Shown here piece after piece: positions 1 through 12,500 of a DNA stretch of 64,000 bases; the stretch's first letter is position 1; each line of letters begins with the position of its first letter. The stretch lies in assembly GCA_001600815.1 (NCBI GenBank), contig BCKZ01000004.1, positions 124,001 through 188,000 on the forward strand, read 5' to 3'. Below the pieces are notes generated by a model. The model did no database searches. It was not told the origin of the DNA and worked only from the letters and a program-made list of their open reading frames with translations. The stretch comes from Alloascoidea hylecoeti. Taxonomy: Eukaryota. The translations under genes and the position numbers were made by a program.

Positions 1-1610
1 ACCTTAAAATCTCTTGGAATAGCCACCAAAGCACTCTTAATCAAGTTATAGTCAACATAATCTGTATTTGGAGGCATTGTCTCACTAGCAATAATCTTAT
101 AGGAAGTAATCAGTCTTATCAACGCAATATATAATAATCTTTGTGCAATGAACTGGCCTGAGCATGCTCTTGCCCCAGCGCCAAAACTGTGATGTGGAAC
201 TCCTCGAATTTGTCTTTCAGTTATACCGTCTTCTTCCATCCATCGGTCTGGATTATAAATATGTGCATCTAGTCCATAATGACTTTTATCATGATTAGCT
301 GCTTGTGCATTGAGTAATATCATAGTCTTTGCTGGTATTTTGGCTTGATTTTTCCAAATAACATCTTTAACAGTTCGTCTAGGTAGAGACAATGGAGAAA
401 CAGCATAAAATCTAGCTGATTCTCTAACGATAGCTCTGACATATGGAACCGATTCTTCTTTATACGATGCTTGCCAAGCATCTTGCATTGTGGGATAATG
501 TCTCATAATTTCAGCATAGGCCTTTTCTTGGAATACTTGCCCTTCTTTTGTACACAAAGAGCCAATAGCTGATGTCAAAGTACCAGGAATAGTTTCAAAT
601 CCACCAGATACGAGTGATAAACAAATAGAACCAACTTCAACACCATTCAATTTTGTTTCTTCGTCTTTCAGTATAGCTGCAGCAATGCATGGTTTATCAG
701 TACCTGCTTTAATCATATCTCTTACTTTATTGAGTAAAGTATCTAGATAAGCGTCTCTTCTTTCTCTTAACTCTTTAGAGCGTTTATTTTTCTTATTATT
801 GGGGGTATATCTCAGCAAAGGAACATAATCCTGGAAATTTTCAGAAGCGGATCTTAATAAAGATATAGCAGATCCAACATATAAAATCTCTCTCAATAGT
901 GTATCATAAACGTCATCCATTCTAATACCATAGCAAAGAGTCAAGGTAGTATTTAAAGCATATCTTTGAATATAAGGTCTAACCATAATTTCAATTGGTT
1001 CACCAGTTTCTTTGTTAAACGCGTCTTTCTGTAGATCTCTAATGATACAGTAAGATTCCAAATCAAACATTGGGTGATAATTTTTTAGGGCAACGCGACC
1101 TAAAGCTTGGCCAACTGCAGTTCTTTTCCTTTTACAAGATTCATCCCAAGGAGATGAACCAATGGTGAAACCTTGAGTTGATGAAATTAAACCATGGAAT
1201 GTAAATAACTTAGGTCTATCTATAACTTCCTTCTGATGACCTATTACCATTTCTTTAACATCATCAAAAGAATTGATAACAACAGCGCGGGTGTTTCCTA
1301 ATTTTATTTGAAAGACAGAATAATTGTATTGTTTCCACCATTTTTCACAAACGGTCGCATGATCTTCTCCAAGAGCAAGCAAATGGCCAAACAAGGGTAG
1401 GGCACCAGGGATTTCTGGAATTCCAGCAATCTTAGGGATATCTGTTTTGTATAATGAGTGAATAAAATAAATCAGGGAAGCAGTAGCTAAAAATATGTAA
1501 ATGTAATGCTTAAGAGCATATTCAGATTTCGAAAAGTAATCTTGGAAGAAGTTGATAAAACCTGAGTTGTCCTGGTTAAGCAGAGAATCTATAGTAGTAG
1601 AATTGGGCAT
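1..1610 (-). CDS. Cytochrome P450, CYP504 family (phenylacetate/3-hydroxyphenylacetate hydroxylase, PhacB-like); 3' end runs off the window
   Basis: Not in the ORF track because no stop lies inside the window. Manual translation from ATG 1610 gives an N-terminal TM anchor, then TDIPKIAGIPEIPGALPLFGHLLALGEDHATVCEKWW, FTFHGLISSTQGFTIGSSPWDESCKRKR, an ExxR motif (VRESARFY) and the heme motif HSFGAGARACSG near 160-195. Confidence 0.88.
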   Translation of the reverse strand, partial: MPNSTTIDSLLNQDNSGFINFFQDYFSKSEYALKHYIYIFLATASLIYFIHSLYKTDIPKIAGIPEIPGALPLFGHLLALGEDHATVCEKWWKQYNYSVFQIKLGNTRAVVINSFDDVKEMVIGHQKEVIDRPKLFTFHGLISSTQGFTIGSSPWDESCKRKRTAVGQALGRVALKNYHPMFDLESYCIIRDLQKDAFNKETGEPIEIMVRPYIQRYALNTTLTLCYGIRMDDVYDTLLREILYVGSAISLLRSASENFQDYVPLLRYTPNNKKNKRSKELRERRDAYLDTLLNKVRDMIKAGTDKPCIAAAILKDEETKLNGVEVGSICLSLVSGGFETIPGTLTSAIGSLCTKEGQVFQEKAYAEIMRHYPTMQDAWQASYKEESVPYVRAIVRESARFYAVSPLSLPRRTVKDVIWKNQAKIPAKTMILLNAQAANHDKSHYGLDAHIYNPDRWMEEDGITERQIRGVPHHSFGAGARACSGQFIAQRLLYIALIRLITSYKIIASETMPPNTDYVDYNLIKSALVAIPRDFK

Positions 1611-1699
1611 AATTAATATGATATATGGAAAATTATGAGAAACTAAAACTAGTGATAAATTGTGATAGTATACAGATTATTTATATGTGTAAGGAATAT

Positions 1700-1710
1700 C
1701 GGATAGGCCG
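1700..1710. promoter_or_regulatory. Possible Zn2Cys6 factor site (CGG-N5-CCG) upstream of the P450
   Basis: CGGATAGGCCG lies just upstream of a minus-strand TATAAA at ~1680-1685. The motif is short and could be chance. Confidence 0.25.
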
Positions 1711-3244
1711 ACATTATAGGCAAGGCCACTTATCGGTCGTTTATTGTTAAGCATTATAACCGTTGATCATCGTAGTGCTCCGATCTTTAAAACCTCAAAA
1801 ATAATACCAAATCTTTAAAAATACCACGTTATTTTATTGAACTTTTCAAAAGTAAATATGAATGTTGAAAAATTGATATTATTGTATTAGAATTATATTC
1901 TTTTATCAGTTTGAAACACGTGATACAGCTCTGCACTCTTATTTAGCCATATCCGTGTATGTACTTTCGTCATTTGGAAAATTAATAATTAGATTTCTGG
2001 GTGACCACGTTTTCAATATTTGACCTTAATTTAGTGCACCATATTCTCAATAAATATTGCGTCACCCTATTCAACATATGTGTTGGTTCCCCATTTCGAA
2101 AACGATTAACTCGCCATTCTACGGTTGTCTCAACTAATTAATGAATTTTTAAAAGCCGAAAATACACATACGAAAGTGACCAAACAGGATCTCGGATACG
2201 GCGAAATAAGAGTGGAAAAATAATTAATTATTATTAACTGAAATTAATTTCCCTTTTTGGCAAAAGATTGTGTTAATTAAGATTCACGCAATTATACGCC
2301 AGATCCAATAAAGTAACAAACAAACTCAATTATGTAGAAACGAAGATATTCAGATTCTCCTTAGGTCTTTACTTCCTCAAACCCCAGATTTGTAACTGTT
2401 TTAACGGGTGAAAGAATATTGCTATTCTTAGGGGTTTCCTTAGAAGGTTTAACAGGTTCTGAAGAGTCGTAAGATTCATGCATCTGGAGAGTGTAACAAA
2501 GAGTTGATCATGCGAGAGGCATTGAAGTCAATACCTAATACCTATAAGATGAAACATTAATATTTGACCTTGGGATTTGTTGATGGTCATACTAGCCTTA
2601 AGGCAAGACCTGGCACCATTTCTAGACAGTGTAGTACATAGACACCTGGATAACATGCATGTAACTTGTATGACAACAACTACAACGTGGGAATTCATTG
2701 GTAGCTATTTATATGAATATTAATAAGATACTTGATGGAAAAAACATTCAAATTCAGCAGCTGTAATCTCAAGCATATTAATAATATTTATTTACGAATG
2801 ATTTGAACGTTGAACGTTGAACGTTAACAATCTACTTAATGATCAAGCAAATGGCTGATTTCGTCTGCAGGAACCGCCATGGAAATTTCCCGTCTTAAGA
2901 TCTGAGGCAACCTCATTCCAAAGGCAGTTTAAGAGACATCAATAAGGATTGCTCGAGATATAAGACTTCATAATTAATTATAAGCTTCTGCATCTGGGTT
3001 CACATTAAATGCGATCCATATGGAGCGAATTTAATTGTCAGGCCTACAAGTTGAAACTCTATTTTTATCCAGAATGCATTAATAAATAAAACATTAAATA
3101 GCATCCTCTACTTCTGCTTCAACACTCATCATTCCTTTGATTTCGATATTCACAAAACACTCGTCTAATTCCATCCAACTTGGTTTCCGTCGCTCATTCA
3201 TTCATCACTATAACTACTCACGCTCATTATTATCTAATTACAAC

Positions 3245-3469
3245 ATGGAAAAACTCGGTGAATTCATTATTCTGGCAGTCCGGGACGACTGCGACAGTAG
3301 CAAAAATTCCTGTGCAAAGCCGACGACAGCCAAGGGATGGCAGATAGCTCTTTCCGTCTTAATACCGGTTCTGGTACTTGGGGGAGGATTAATGTTTATG
3401 TTCTACAAAAGTTATAAGAAGAATAAGGTAGAGGAGCGGAGCTTCCAAGACAAAGAAGAATACTTTTAG
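3245..3469 (+). CDS. 74-aa single-pass membrane microprotein resembling the Skg6/Tos2 N-terminus
   Basis: ATG at 3245 (caacATGG). MEKLGEFIILAVRDDCDSSKNSCAKPTT, then hydrophobic WQIALSVLIPVLVLGGGLMFMFY, then basic KSYKKNKVEE. Confidence 0.6.
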   Translation: MEKLGEFIILAVRDDCDSSKNSCAKPTTAKGWQIALSVLIPVLVLGGGLMFMFYKSYKKNKVEERSFQDKEEYF

Positions 3470-3847
3470 CTTTAGATTTAGTCACCCACCGTGCGGATTC
3501 TCGGATTGTTATTAAAATGCCTTCGTGTTGTTTGTTTCGTTAACTTCTAATAGATATATTTTTTTTATCAATCATTTCCATAAATCCATAGACATGTATT
3601 GTAAAGAGATGGCTTTTTTCGGTCAAGGCGGCTGTCAATCTGAAAGTGACCCGTGCCATTCCCTGCTGGCTTTCTGTAAAACACGCCAGAACCCTGTAAT
3701 TTTAACCCCGATACAGTTTCAGATGCAACAAGAGACCCGGTGCGCGAAAAGGAGCTCTTCTTTTACTTCGTCTCACCCATTTTTCACTTCCAACTTCATT
3801 TCTTTCTCTCGGAGTCTCGATTTCCAACTATATACACTCTTTCAAAT

Positions 3848-5638
3848 ATGTACCTCTCAGACAACGACCTGGACACCCCTCGAGCCCACCTTTTACAGCT
3901 CTTCACAAGAAGCACAAACTGCTCGTTAAAAGCCAATAAGGCCTTGTCGGAATGCGAAACAGGGAAAAGTGTGTCCACATGGGTAATGGTGGTAGCTGTT
4001 GCGATACCAGTCACATTCCTCCTCGCCGTCATAGGAGTGGCTTGGTGGAAAAGTGGCCAACGGAACAAAATGGAAGAAAAGAACTACACTGATTTTGATA
4101 ACGATGAAGCCATTGTGCCGGCCTATAACCCTGAAAAGAGGAGATTAAACCAACTGCAGCAGTTAAATGCCACTGGACCCAGCAATGACACATTGGACGT
4201 AAAGGACTTTGATGATCCCTATTATTCCTCCCCTTACTTCTTACCTCCGAGCGTGGCTGCCTCCCGTTCTTCTTTGGACTCCTACTCTCGTTCTTTGGTG
4301 CCCGATAAGGCTGAAATCATGTCTCAGTACTCACATCAGAACAATTATCCCTTTGGTTCTCCGGTTATAACGCCTTTAGGAACACCAACTGCCTCTTCAT
4401 TCCGAGACAGGCTCTCAAATATCTCACAACTACCTCCCGCAGCAACAAGATCAAATTCAAATCTAGGTGATGCTTCAATTATACCACCACCACTATCTGC
4501 TCGTTCCGAATCTTTCTCATCTTCAGGTTCAAATGTCCCTGTTCCAAAACCAGCGTTAACAAAAACTTCCATTTTATCTTCATCTAATAATTCTTTTGAA
4601 TCACCTTTTGAAAATGAAGTCACTTCTCCATTATCAATTAATCCCAAGAAGAGTAATAACAATGTTCAAAGGAAAAGTAATTTAGATAAAGTTTCTAAAG
4701 CTGAAAGTGATTCTGATGATGACGATGATGATGATGATATTGATATAACTAGAGCTCGTGCTTATTCTCCACCACCGCAACATCGTTTAAATCCTCATGA
4801 AAATTCAGCTTCTGAATCTGAATCTGAAGATGAAAATGAATATAGAAAAAGTGTATTCCAAGTGAAATCTCATCCACAGTTAAGTCCTTATCAACAAGCT
4901 GCTTCTCAAAATGATGGTGGTGTTCGATTTACCGATAATGTAATTCAAAAAGATATTAATGATGAAGATGTTAATAGAATGAGATCTGTTTATAAAGTTT
5001 ATTTGGGCAGAGATTTCTCAACTATTAAAAAACCTAATGGATATACAAGAGGCGGTGAAAATGAACATGAACAGGATATAGGAGAAGCTAATGAGGAAGA
5101 AGAAGAACAACAACAACAGCAATATCAACAGTACCAGCAACAACAACATCATGATCAACAACCACAACATTATGATCAACAACATCATGATCAGCAACAA
5201 CAACAACATCATGATCAACAACAACAAAATTATGATCAACAACATCAACAACAAGCACCAGTTGAAGAAGAATTCTTACAACCAGCGATGAATTTACCAC
5301 CAACGACTGCATTATCATCTCCATCAATGATTCAGCAGCAAGATGCAACTTTCATGGACTTTTCATCTCGTGAGAAACATCCACATTCAAATTTAGTAAG
5401 TACACCTACAGGACAACCATCATTTAATCCAATGGATCAATTGGAATCAGTACCAGGTGCAGGCACAGGATTAGGTATAAGAACTTCAAAGTCACCACAT
5501 ATAAATAACCATCCTGTAAAAGGTAACGCTGCTATGGATAATATGGCAAATTTCGTATCAGCGCCTACCGGTTCTAAGAAACCAGGTAAAGGAAAAAGTA
5601 ATAAAAATTTAAGGAATCAACTTATGAATGATTTTTAA
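3848..5638 (+). CDS. Skg6/Tos2-like single-pass membrane protein with a long disordered cytoplasmic tail
   Basis: First ATG is 3848; the track starts at a GTG at 3740. Short Cys-pair ectodomain, TM segment VMVVAVAIPVTFLLAVIGVAWW, SPYFLPP...SRSSLDSYSR motif, RMRSVYKVY motif, Q/H/D-rich tract. Confidence 0.65.
   Translation: MYLSDNDLDTPRAHLLQLFTRSTNCSLKANKALSECETGKSVSTWVMVVAVAIPVTFLLAVIGVAWWKSGQRNKMEEKNYTDFDNDEAIVPAYNPEKRRLNQLQQLNATGPSNDTLDVKDFDDPYYSSPYFLPPSVAASRSSLDSYSRSLVPDKAEIMSQYSHQNNYPFGSPVITPLGTPTASSFRDRLSNISQLPPAATRSNSNLGDASIIPPPLSARSESFSSSGSNVPVPKPALTKTSILSSSNNSFESPFENEVTSPLSINPKKSNNNVQRKSNLDKVSKAESDSDDDDDDDDIDITRARAYSPPPQHRLNPHENSASESESEDENEYRKSVFQVKSHPQLSPYQQAASQNDGGVRFTDNVIQKDINDEDVNRMRSVYKVYLGRDFSTIKKPNGYTRGGENEHEQDIGEANEEEEEQQQQQYQQYQQQQHHDQQPQHYDQQHHDQQQQQHHDQQQQNYDQQHQQQAPVEEEFLQPAMNLPPTTALSSPSMIQQQDATFMDFSSREKHPHSNLVSTPTGQPSFNPMDQLESVPGAGTGLGIRTSKSPHINNHPVKGNAAMDNMANFVSAPTGSKKPGKGKSNKNLRNQLMNDF
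5095..5255 (+). repeat. Coding low-complexity repeat (CAA)n with (CAT/TAT)GATCAA units
   Basis: Encodes EEEEE QQQQQY...HHDQQ repeats. Confidence 0.85.
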
Positions 5639-6500
5639 AAATTTACAATAAGTTATGGTTAATAAAATAAAGGCTTGAGGCGAAAAAAAAAAAAAAAAAC
5701 TAAAAATTCAACATGAACTCTTTCTATGTTATCTTTAAATGAATGATGATGAAACTTTACCTATAAAATTTGGGAAAAAGAAGTTTTCATATACATTTGT
5801 GTTTGTTTATACTTTTTTTTTCTCTATCTATCTATATATTTTATTTTTATTTGATTTTATTTTTTTGGTGTTTCTTTATATTTATACCCATATTAATTTG
5901 CTTTTCGGTTACTTTTCACATTTTCATTACATTCAAAATCAATTCATATCCCATGGTCAGTTTAAAGCTATTTTTTTATCTTTCTTTTTAACTTTAACAT
6001 TATTATATTCTAGATATCAAAACCAATTACCCTTTTAGTTTTCAATTTTTATTTTTTATTTTTTATATAAATTTTTTTATTATGATAAATAAATCAGGTC
6101 AGTTTAAAAATCAATTAAGAATAAAGATTATAAAATATTAACTCGCCCCTTCTCTAAGATATATAGACCAAGAATTCAAATATAGTCATTCCACTTACTT
6201 TCGGCCATTATCACACATAAAATATCTAACTAATAATAGATACTGAAAAATGGCGTTGAAGTATAGGTTCCGCTAATTATAAAATAAATACACTACATCG
6301 GAGAAGATATTTCACTCAACAACAGATATTACAACAGTTATATATTTAAAAATTATTATCAGAATCAAGAGTTTAGGCAGATTTTAGTATTAGTATTTAA
6401 TTTGATATATGTAATCCGTTATTAATTTAGAAAATCGGGGTTGAACTTAACAATTATTTCTGCCGAGTACTCACATAATAGTATACCTCTCCAATTACAA

Positions 6501-9500
6501 CTATATGTAAGATCGCTTTTGCTTTCTGCGACCACTGCCTTTAACTGATATTGTTGGCAAGTTGTAATCACTAGTCGATGTAGAGATCGTAGGTTTTGAT
6601 GGAACTCGATGTGGCGAGCCTGAGATTGGGGTGCTTCTACCCATGGGAGCCCGTGGAGGAGCAGTGCTGTAGCTAGAACTCATACTTGTCGTTGAACGTT
6701 GGCTTCTCATTGGAGGAGGTGGAGGCTTGGCTGGTAACTGATCTTCCATGGGAATACCTTTATTGATCCATCTTTTCAGATTCTCATCGTAAACAAAAGC
6801 GTTCTTTTCACCCAATTTTGCTCTAATTGCTTTTGGTTCTTCGGGGCTCTTTTTAAGCCATCCAAACCAGCTTGGGTTTCCTGCACCATTTCCTATATTA
6901 TTATCATTAACATTACCTTTTGGCTGGTAATCTATTTTCTCCGTAACTGGCTGTGGATGGTTGTGTTCTTGTTGAATTTGGATTTGTTTAGGCGATTCAT
7001 ATTTCCTAGGCATCTCATCAGGATCGATTGCACTTTCCTCTTCATCTAAACGTTCATTTTCTGGGGCAAATTGAGCGTATGGGGAAATTGGATGATCCCC
7101 ATATATCATATCTGTAGATGCTGTGTAATCATATCTATTAAGGGAATTCGCTGATCCTGAATACACCTCATGTCTTCCCGTTGGTATATTTTCAGGAACA
7201 TCTTCTTCATACCTGTAAGGTGATCCAGATGCCAAGTTATTAGAAACAGGATTATATTTTGAAGTTGATTGCCTTCGGACTTGTGATTGATATTGATTAT
7301 GTGGGTTTGGTGGGCTAGACATAAAGTTGCTAGCAGGTGCTGTATATTGAGCAACGGGTGATCCTCCCATGGAACTTGATGGTCTTGAATTGGTCATTAT
7401 CGGATTATATATGCTTACGGATGTGTCACCAATTTCCAGAATCGGTTGATAAGTTGGTTGAGCCCTTGAAATCATAGCATTACTTCTTTTAGATTGCAAT
7501 TGTTCAGCAATCACGGGGAGATTGGTATTACTAACAGAATGACCTTTGGAAAACTTACTGAAAAGCTCTTCTTTGTCTGTTGATTGTACAATATCTTCAC
7601 CAGCTATAAATTTACTGAGGCTTTTATCAAGATGATTCCATACTTTATCAAGCGATGGTGGTGCAAGTTTCGTACTCATCCATCCACTTGAAGCAGCTGT
7701 TGCAGTGACTCTTTGTTCAAGATCAAGTAATACGTTCAAAAACGATGGATTTAATGAACTTTTTTGCGGTTTTGATAACATTTTTATTAAGCTGTTGATA
7801 TTGTCAATGTATTTTTGACATCCTGTTAATGCACCGTAGTCAAAGAGATGCAAAGCATGACTTAACTTAGCATCTAATAAATAAAAGAATGGTTGAAATA
7901 AACCAGTTGTAGAACTTAAAGAAGCTGCAAATTCATAGACTTCGACAATCAATATTGTATCAATATCAACACCACTGGCCATACCTTCTACTGAAAGTCC
8001 CATTAACATAGCGACTGTTATGGCTGCTTCTACTAAATTATATTCGAGCAACATGTCAGAAAATCCAGCAACAAATTCTGGAGTTTTTGGACAAGGATTC
8101 ATGACCACCAATTCAAGAATGCTCTCCCAGTTATTTAAGGACCAAGTAAGAGTCTTTTCCGAACTACAAAGTTCTTCAATAGCCTTAAGACCATTTCCTA
8201 TAAATATTTCCAATAATAAAATGAACATATTTACATTTTCACCTAAAGGATTGATATTCTCACCAATAAACTCAGATGCTGTATTTTTCCATTTTTCAGG
8301 GCCCATTATGCTTGATAAAATCATTGCTAGACTCCATTGTTTCCCATCTAGTGCATATTTCAGAGCCTTTTCCTGATCTCCAGATTGTAACAAGCTCAAA
8401 AAATCTCCCAATTCTTCAACACCAAATGGGGTTTCGAAGGGTCCATTACTTTTAACATAACTATGTTGGTGTGAAGTTAAATTAGAAATAGTTGTGAAGT
8501 TCTGAGAATCATCATTATTCGAAACTTCAACACCTGGAGTTAAAATGGAAACAACATCCTTTACAAATGAATCAATTTTGATAGACTCATTTCTTAACAT
8601 TAATTGTAAAATCTTGTAGGCATTTACGAATTTTATTTTACCGAGACTTTCTAATTGTAAAATTCTTTCACCAATCCATTTTTCAAGTTCTTTTTTTTTC
8701 GTTTTATTGAGTTTTGAAGAAGAAATGAAAGGGCCTGGAAAGGTTTTTATTGTACTATCAAGATTTAAAATGCTATCAATAGGTCGTATCTCAACATCTA
8801 TTTCAATCCTTTGAGGTTGTAGACCATAAGCAGTATCCGTGAACTTTGGAATAACAGTGACTATATCCTTTCCTGTTCCCCAAGAAAATAATGGGAATTG
8901 CGTCTGTAATAAGCGGTTATTTTGTTCTGGTAACAATGGCCGAGCAGGAGATAATTGAGGGGCGCGTTGATAACCTGAATCATATCTCTCATTTATCACA
9001 GTAGTCTGTGGATTAAATGTGTGGACGTTTCCTAGTACATGTTGATTGGGGGCATATTTAGACTGATATGTAGAACCTATAGCAGGATCTGAAACTTTCG
9101 CATGTGCACTCTGTGTAAATTGGGGAGGTCCAATTACTCTTGGAGATAATTTTGGACCGTTTCCTACAGACGGAGAATAACGAGATGATACACTATGGGT
9201 TGATGAAAGTCTTTGTGATCTATTGACATATGGACTTTTAGGCGGGGCACTCGGTGGTTGAATTGATGGATCATATGGGCTTCTAGGTATTGTTGAATCA
9301 TATTGGGGTTTAGCTTCCGCATTTGGTGCATAAGGATTTGGAGGAATAACCATCGGAGTTGGGTGTGCCCTTTGAAATGGTTGTTGAGAAATAGGAGGCT
9401 GACGAAACTTGTTGGAGTTACTTCTAAATCTATTTTGAGCTGCTGCATATACACTAGGGGCGGCAGGAACCAATTTCTGATGAGAGGAAGGGGTCATAGG

Positions 9501-12500
9501 AAAGTCCTCAAAAAATGAGCCTTTAGAAGGCTGCTTGGGAACTGTATGAGGCTGAGTAGATGTGTTAGACAAGATAAACGGAGCCCTTGATTGTTGAGGT
9601 ATTGTGGGAGCTCTGGACCTATTGCCGGAACTGTGTATAGCCTTCTCGGAGCTTATTCCACCTGGGTATGGGCTTTCGAGTTGATTCGTTTTTTGTGAAT
9701 AGTTCAAACTACTCTTCTTTCGTGAAACATCACTATACAGCCAATTAGTATTAACATTAAAGTAAAATAAAATAAAATTCTTACCTCGTTGGATTAATCA
9801 CTGGTACTTTTTCTTCAAATTCATCGGGTAATAAATCATCATCACTTTCAAGGAAAGCGAATGATTGACTCATTTTATCATTATTATGTTGATTATATGG
9901 ATGATTTTCATTTAAATCATCATCTAATAAATCATCATCTAATATATCATCGTCGGCATCTAGAAAGGAAAAATTATCACCTTTGTTTTTTGTTATACTG
10001 TCTTCGATGTCTGAGAATNCATCATCATTAGCAAATATTTCACTGAATGGGTCATTAACCACTGCTCCACTTTCTTTTGGTTGATTAGATTTAACGTGAA
10101 TGGAATCACCATTATTTGAATCATTTATGGTTGGGTTATTATCAACTTTTGTAAAGGAATCGGGAATAGATTGATTCAAAACTGATAGGAAAAAATCACT
10201 ATCATTATTAGAAGTTCCAAAAGGTGCAGATAAAGATGTTTCTTTTGATGGAATATTCTTTATTTCATCTTTTTGATTTGATAAACTTTCAAAAAAGTCT
10301 CCATTATTTGTTGTCACAACTGGATTTTTTTCTTCAAACAGATCTTCTTTCTTAATATTTTGTTTTTCTGCTTTCGTTGGTGCTTTTATAAAATTTACGT
10401 TTGAATCATGGTGATCATTATTTGAAACGGAATTAAAAAAATCTTCTTCATTTCCAGTGTTTCCAAATGGATCATTTCCAACCTTGGATTCAGTCTGTGA
10501 AAAACTTAGTTGAGAAAAGAAATCATGACTCCCTACAACAGAATCTGGATTGTTTTCAAAAAATGGATCGAGTTTCTCAACAATTTTGGAACTCTGGGCT
10601 GTTTCAAATTGATTAGGGTTATTATTATTTTCCACATGCCTCTCAGTAATTTTATCACTTGTTGCATTAATATCAATGAGGGATGCAAAAAAGTCTGTAT
10701 TGCTATCTTCCTTGAAGATATCACTTGTATTAGGTTGGGTTGAATGTGACACTGATTGATTCCGAAATAAAGTAGATCTATCTTCAGTAGACGTTTCTTG
10801 TGCAGATGTGTCTTGAGTTTGTGTAATGACTTCAGTCTCAGCTGTTTTTGGAGAATTAAATCCATCAGTATCTTTAGCGCCATTACTATCCTTATCACCA
10901 ATGAGAGAGGCAAAAATGTCTGTATTGTTATCTTCCTTGAAGATATTATAGCTTGTAGCAGGTTGGGTTGAACACGGATCTGACTGATTCCAAAATGGAG
11001 TAGATTCATCTTCGCAGAAAGTTTCTTGTGCGGCCTGGGTTTGTCTAATGACTTCAATTCCAGTTTCTTTGGGGAAATCTATAACATCAATAATTTTACT
11101 ATCATTAACACCTTTATCACCAATGAGAGATGCAAAAAAGTCTGTGCCGTTATCTTCTTTGAAGGGATCATCACTTGCATCTGACTGTGTTGATGTTAAC
11201 TCTTGTTGGTCATAAAAAGATGATTTATCTTCAGCAGAGATTGACTCTTTTCCAAATATATTCTCCTTTTTCAAGGATTCTTCTATTCCAACAGCTTCAT
11301 TGTCTCCATTTCCATTATTTTTCGTGGGGTAGGAAACAGGGCCTTCAAGATGACTTGTAACTTCATCATTGGTCTTAATATTATTATTACCATTTGGTAG
11401 TTCAATTAATCCGATTGATTCCTTAGATGATTGATCTATTCCAGTTTCTGAAGTTATTTTGGCGATTTCAGGAATTTCTAGACTCTCCGGTTCAATAGTA
11501 GTATTATCTGTTTCCCGCTCTGTGACGGATGAAACATTTCGGGGTGTTGGTGCGTTAATATATTTTATATCACTTTCAGGCAATACTTCAGTTTTTACAA
11601 CATTATCAACCAGTGATGCAAAGAAATCTGTGTTGTTATCTTTTTCAGATTCAGGATCATTCATACTAGGGTGTATATCTGCAGAAAATTGTTCCCCTTC
11701 ACTTAGTTCTTGTGTGTGTGGCTCTAAACACTCATGCTCTTCCTCTATTTCAGGAGTTTCGATATTTTTAGGAAAATTATCATGAACTGTAAAATTGGAG
11801 CTAGAGGAATTTTCTTTCAATGGGGTTTCCGGTGTACTGGGACTTCCGACTTCCGATTTTGAATCTACTACTTTTGATTCTTGGGGATCAAATGATTCAA
11901 TGGATGGGATTACCTCAGTTTCTGAAATTGGATCAAATGAAATTTCATGATCAGAGACAGAACCATTGTTATATTGTGGGGGAAAATATTTCAAATTTAT
12001 GTCCTCACCTATAGTTTCAGTACCCAATTGTACATTCTGAGGGCTCTGAATATCGTGAATCTTCAATTCTGAATCACTCATGTTATTTTCCCTCTGCTCT
12101 TTTACATTTTTATCGCTAGCTGAATCATTTCTATCGGTCAATAATGCCAAAATATCTGTATCACTTTCTGTAGAATCAATATTTCTGGTATTAAATTCAG
12201 CCAGCTGTTGTTCTGATTGATTCCAGGTCGTGTTTGTTTCTCCAATGTGACCTGTCATGTCTTTTATAGGTTTGCCTTTAGAAGTCAAAGTGCTTAGTAC
12301 TTCATCCACTTCAGGAGCTTTAATACAAGTACTTTCGGGTGAGTTCTTGTTGTTTATGACACCAGCAGCGATTGAATTTTGAGAAAAGATATGCGAGGAG
12401 TTTGGTTTAGCTTCCAGAGTTGGTTTAGCTTCCAGAGTTGGTTTAGCTTCCAGAGTTGGTTTAGTGTTTCCATCATTAGTTGATTTTGATGAAAAAACTT

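Noticed and set aside
2330..2485. Coding-like minus-strand stretch (MHESYDSSEPVKPSKETPKNSNILSP)
   Set aside because: Only about 40 codons before a stop and no family recognised.
2802..2825. (TTGAACG)x3 tandem repeat
   Set aside because: A short isolated minisatellite without spacers; not CRISPR-like and not at a telomeric position.
5018..5348. Hydrophobic and Asn-rich ORFs overlapping the Skg6-like gene
   Set aside because: They are alternative-frame shadows of the CAA/CATGAT coding repeat.
5739..6038. Phe/Ile-rich ORFs here and at 18612-18821 and 42941-43123
   Set aside because: They arise from T-rich terminator or intergenic sequence and show no protein-like features.
10533..11057. 174-aa alternative-frame ORF and other short ORFs nested in SEC16, TPS1, RCY1, CRM1 and the GEF
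   Set aside because: They overlap well-supported genes in other frames or strands and carry no recognisable motifs.
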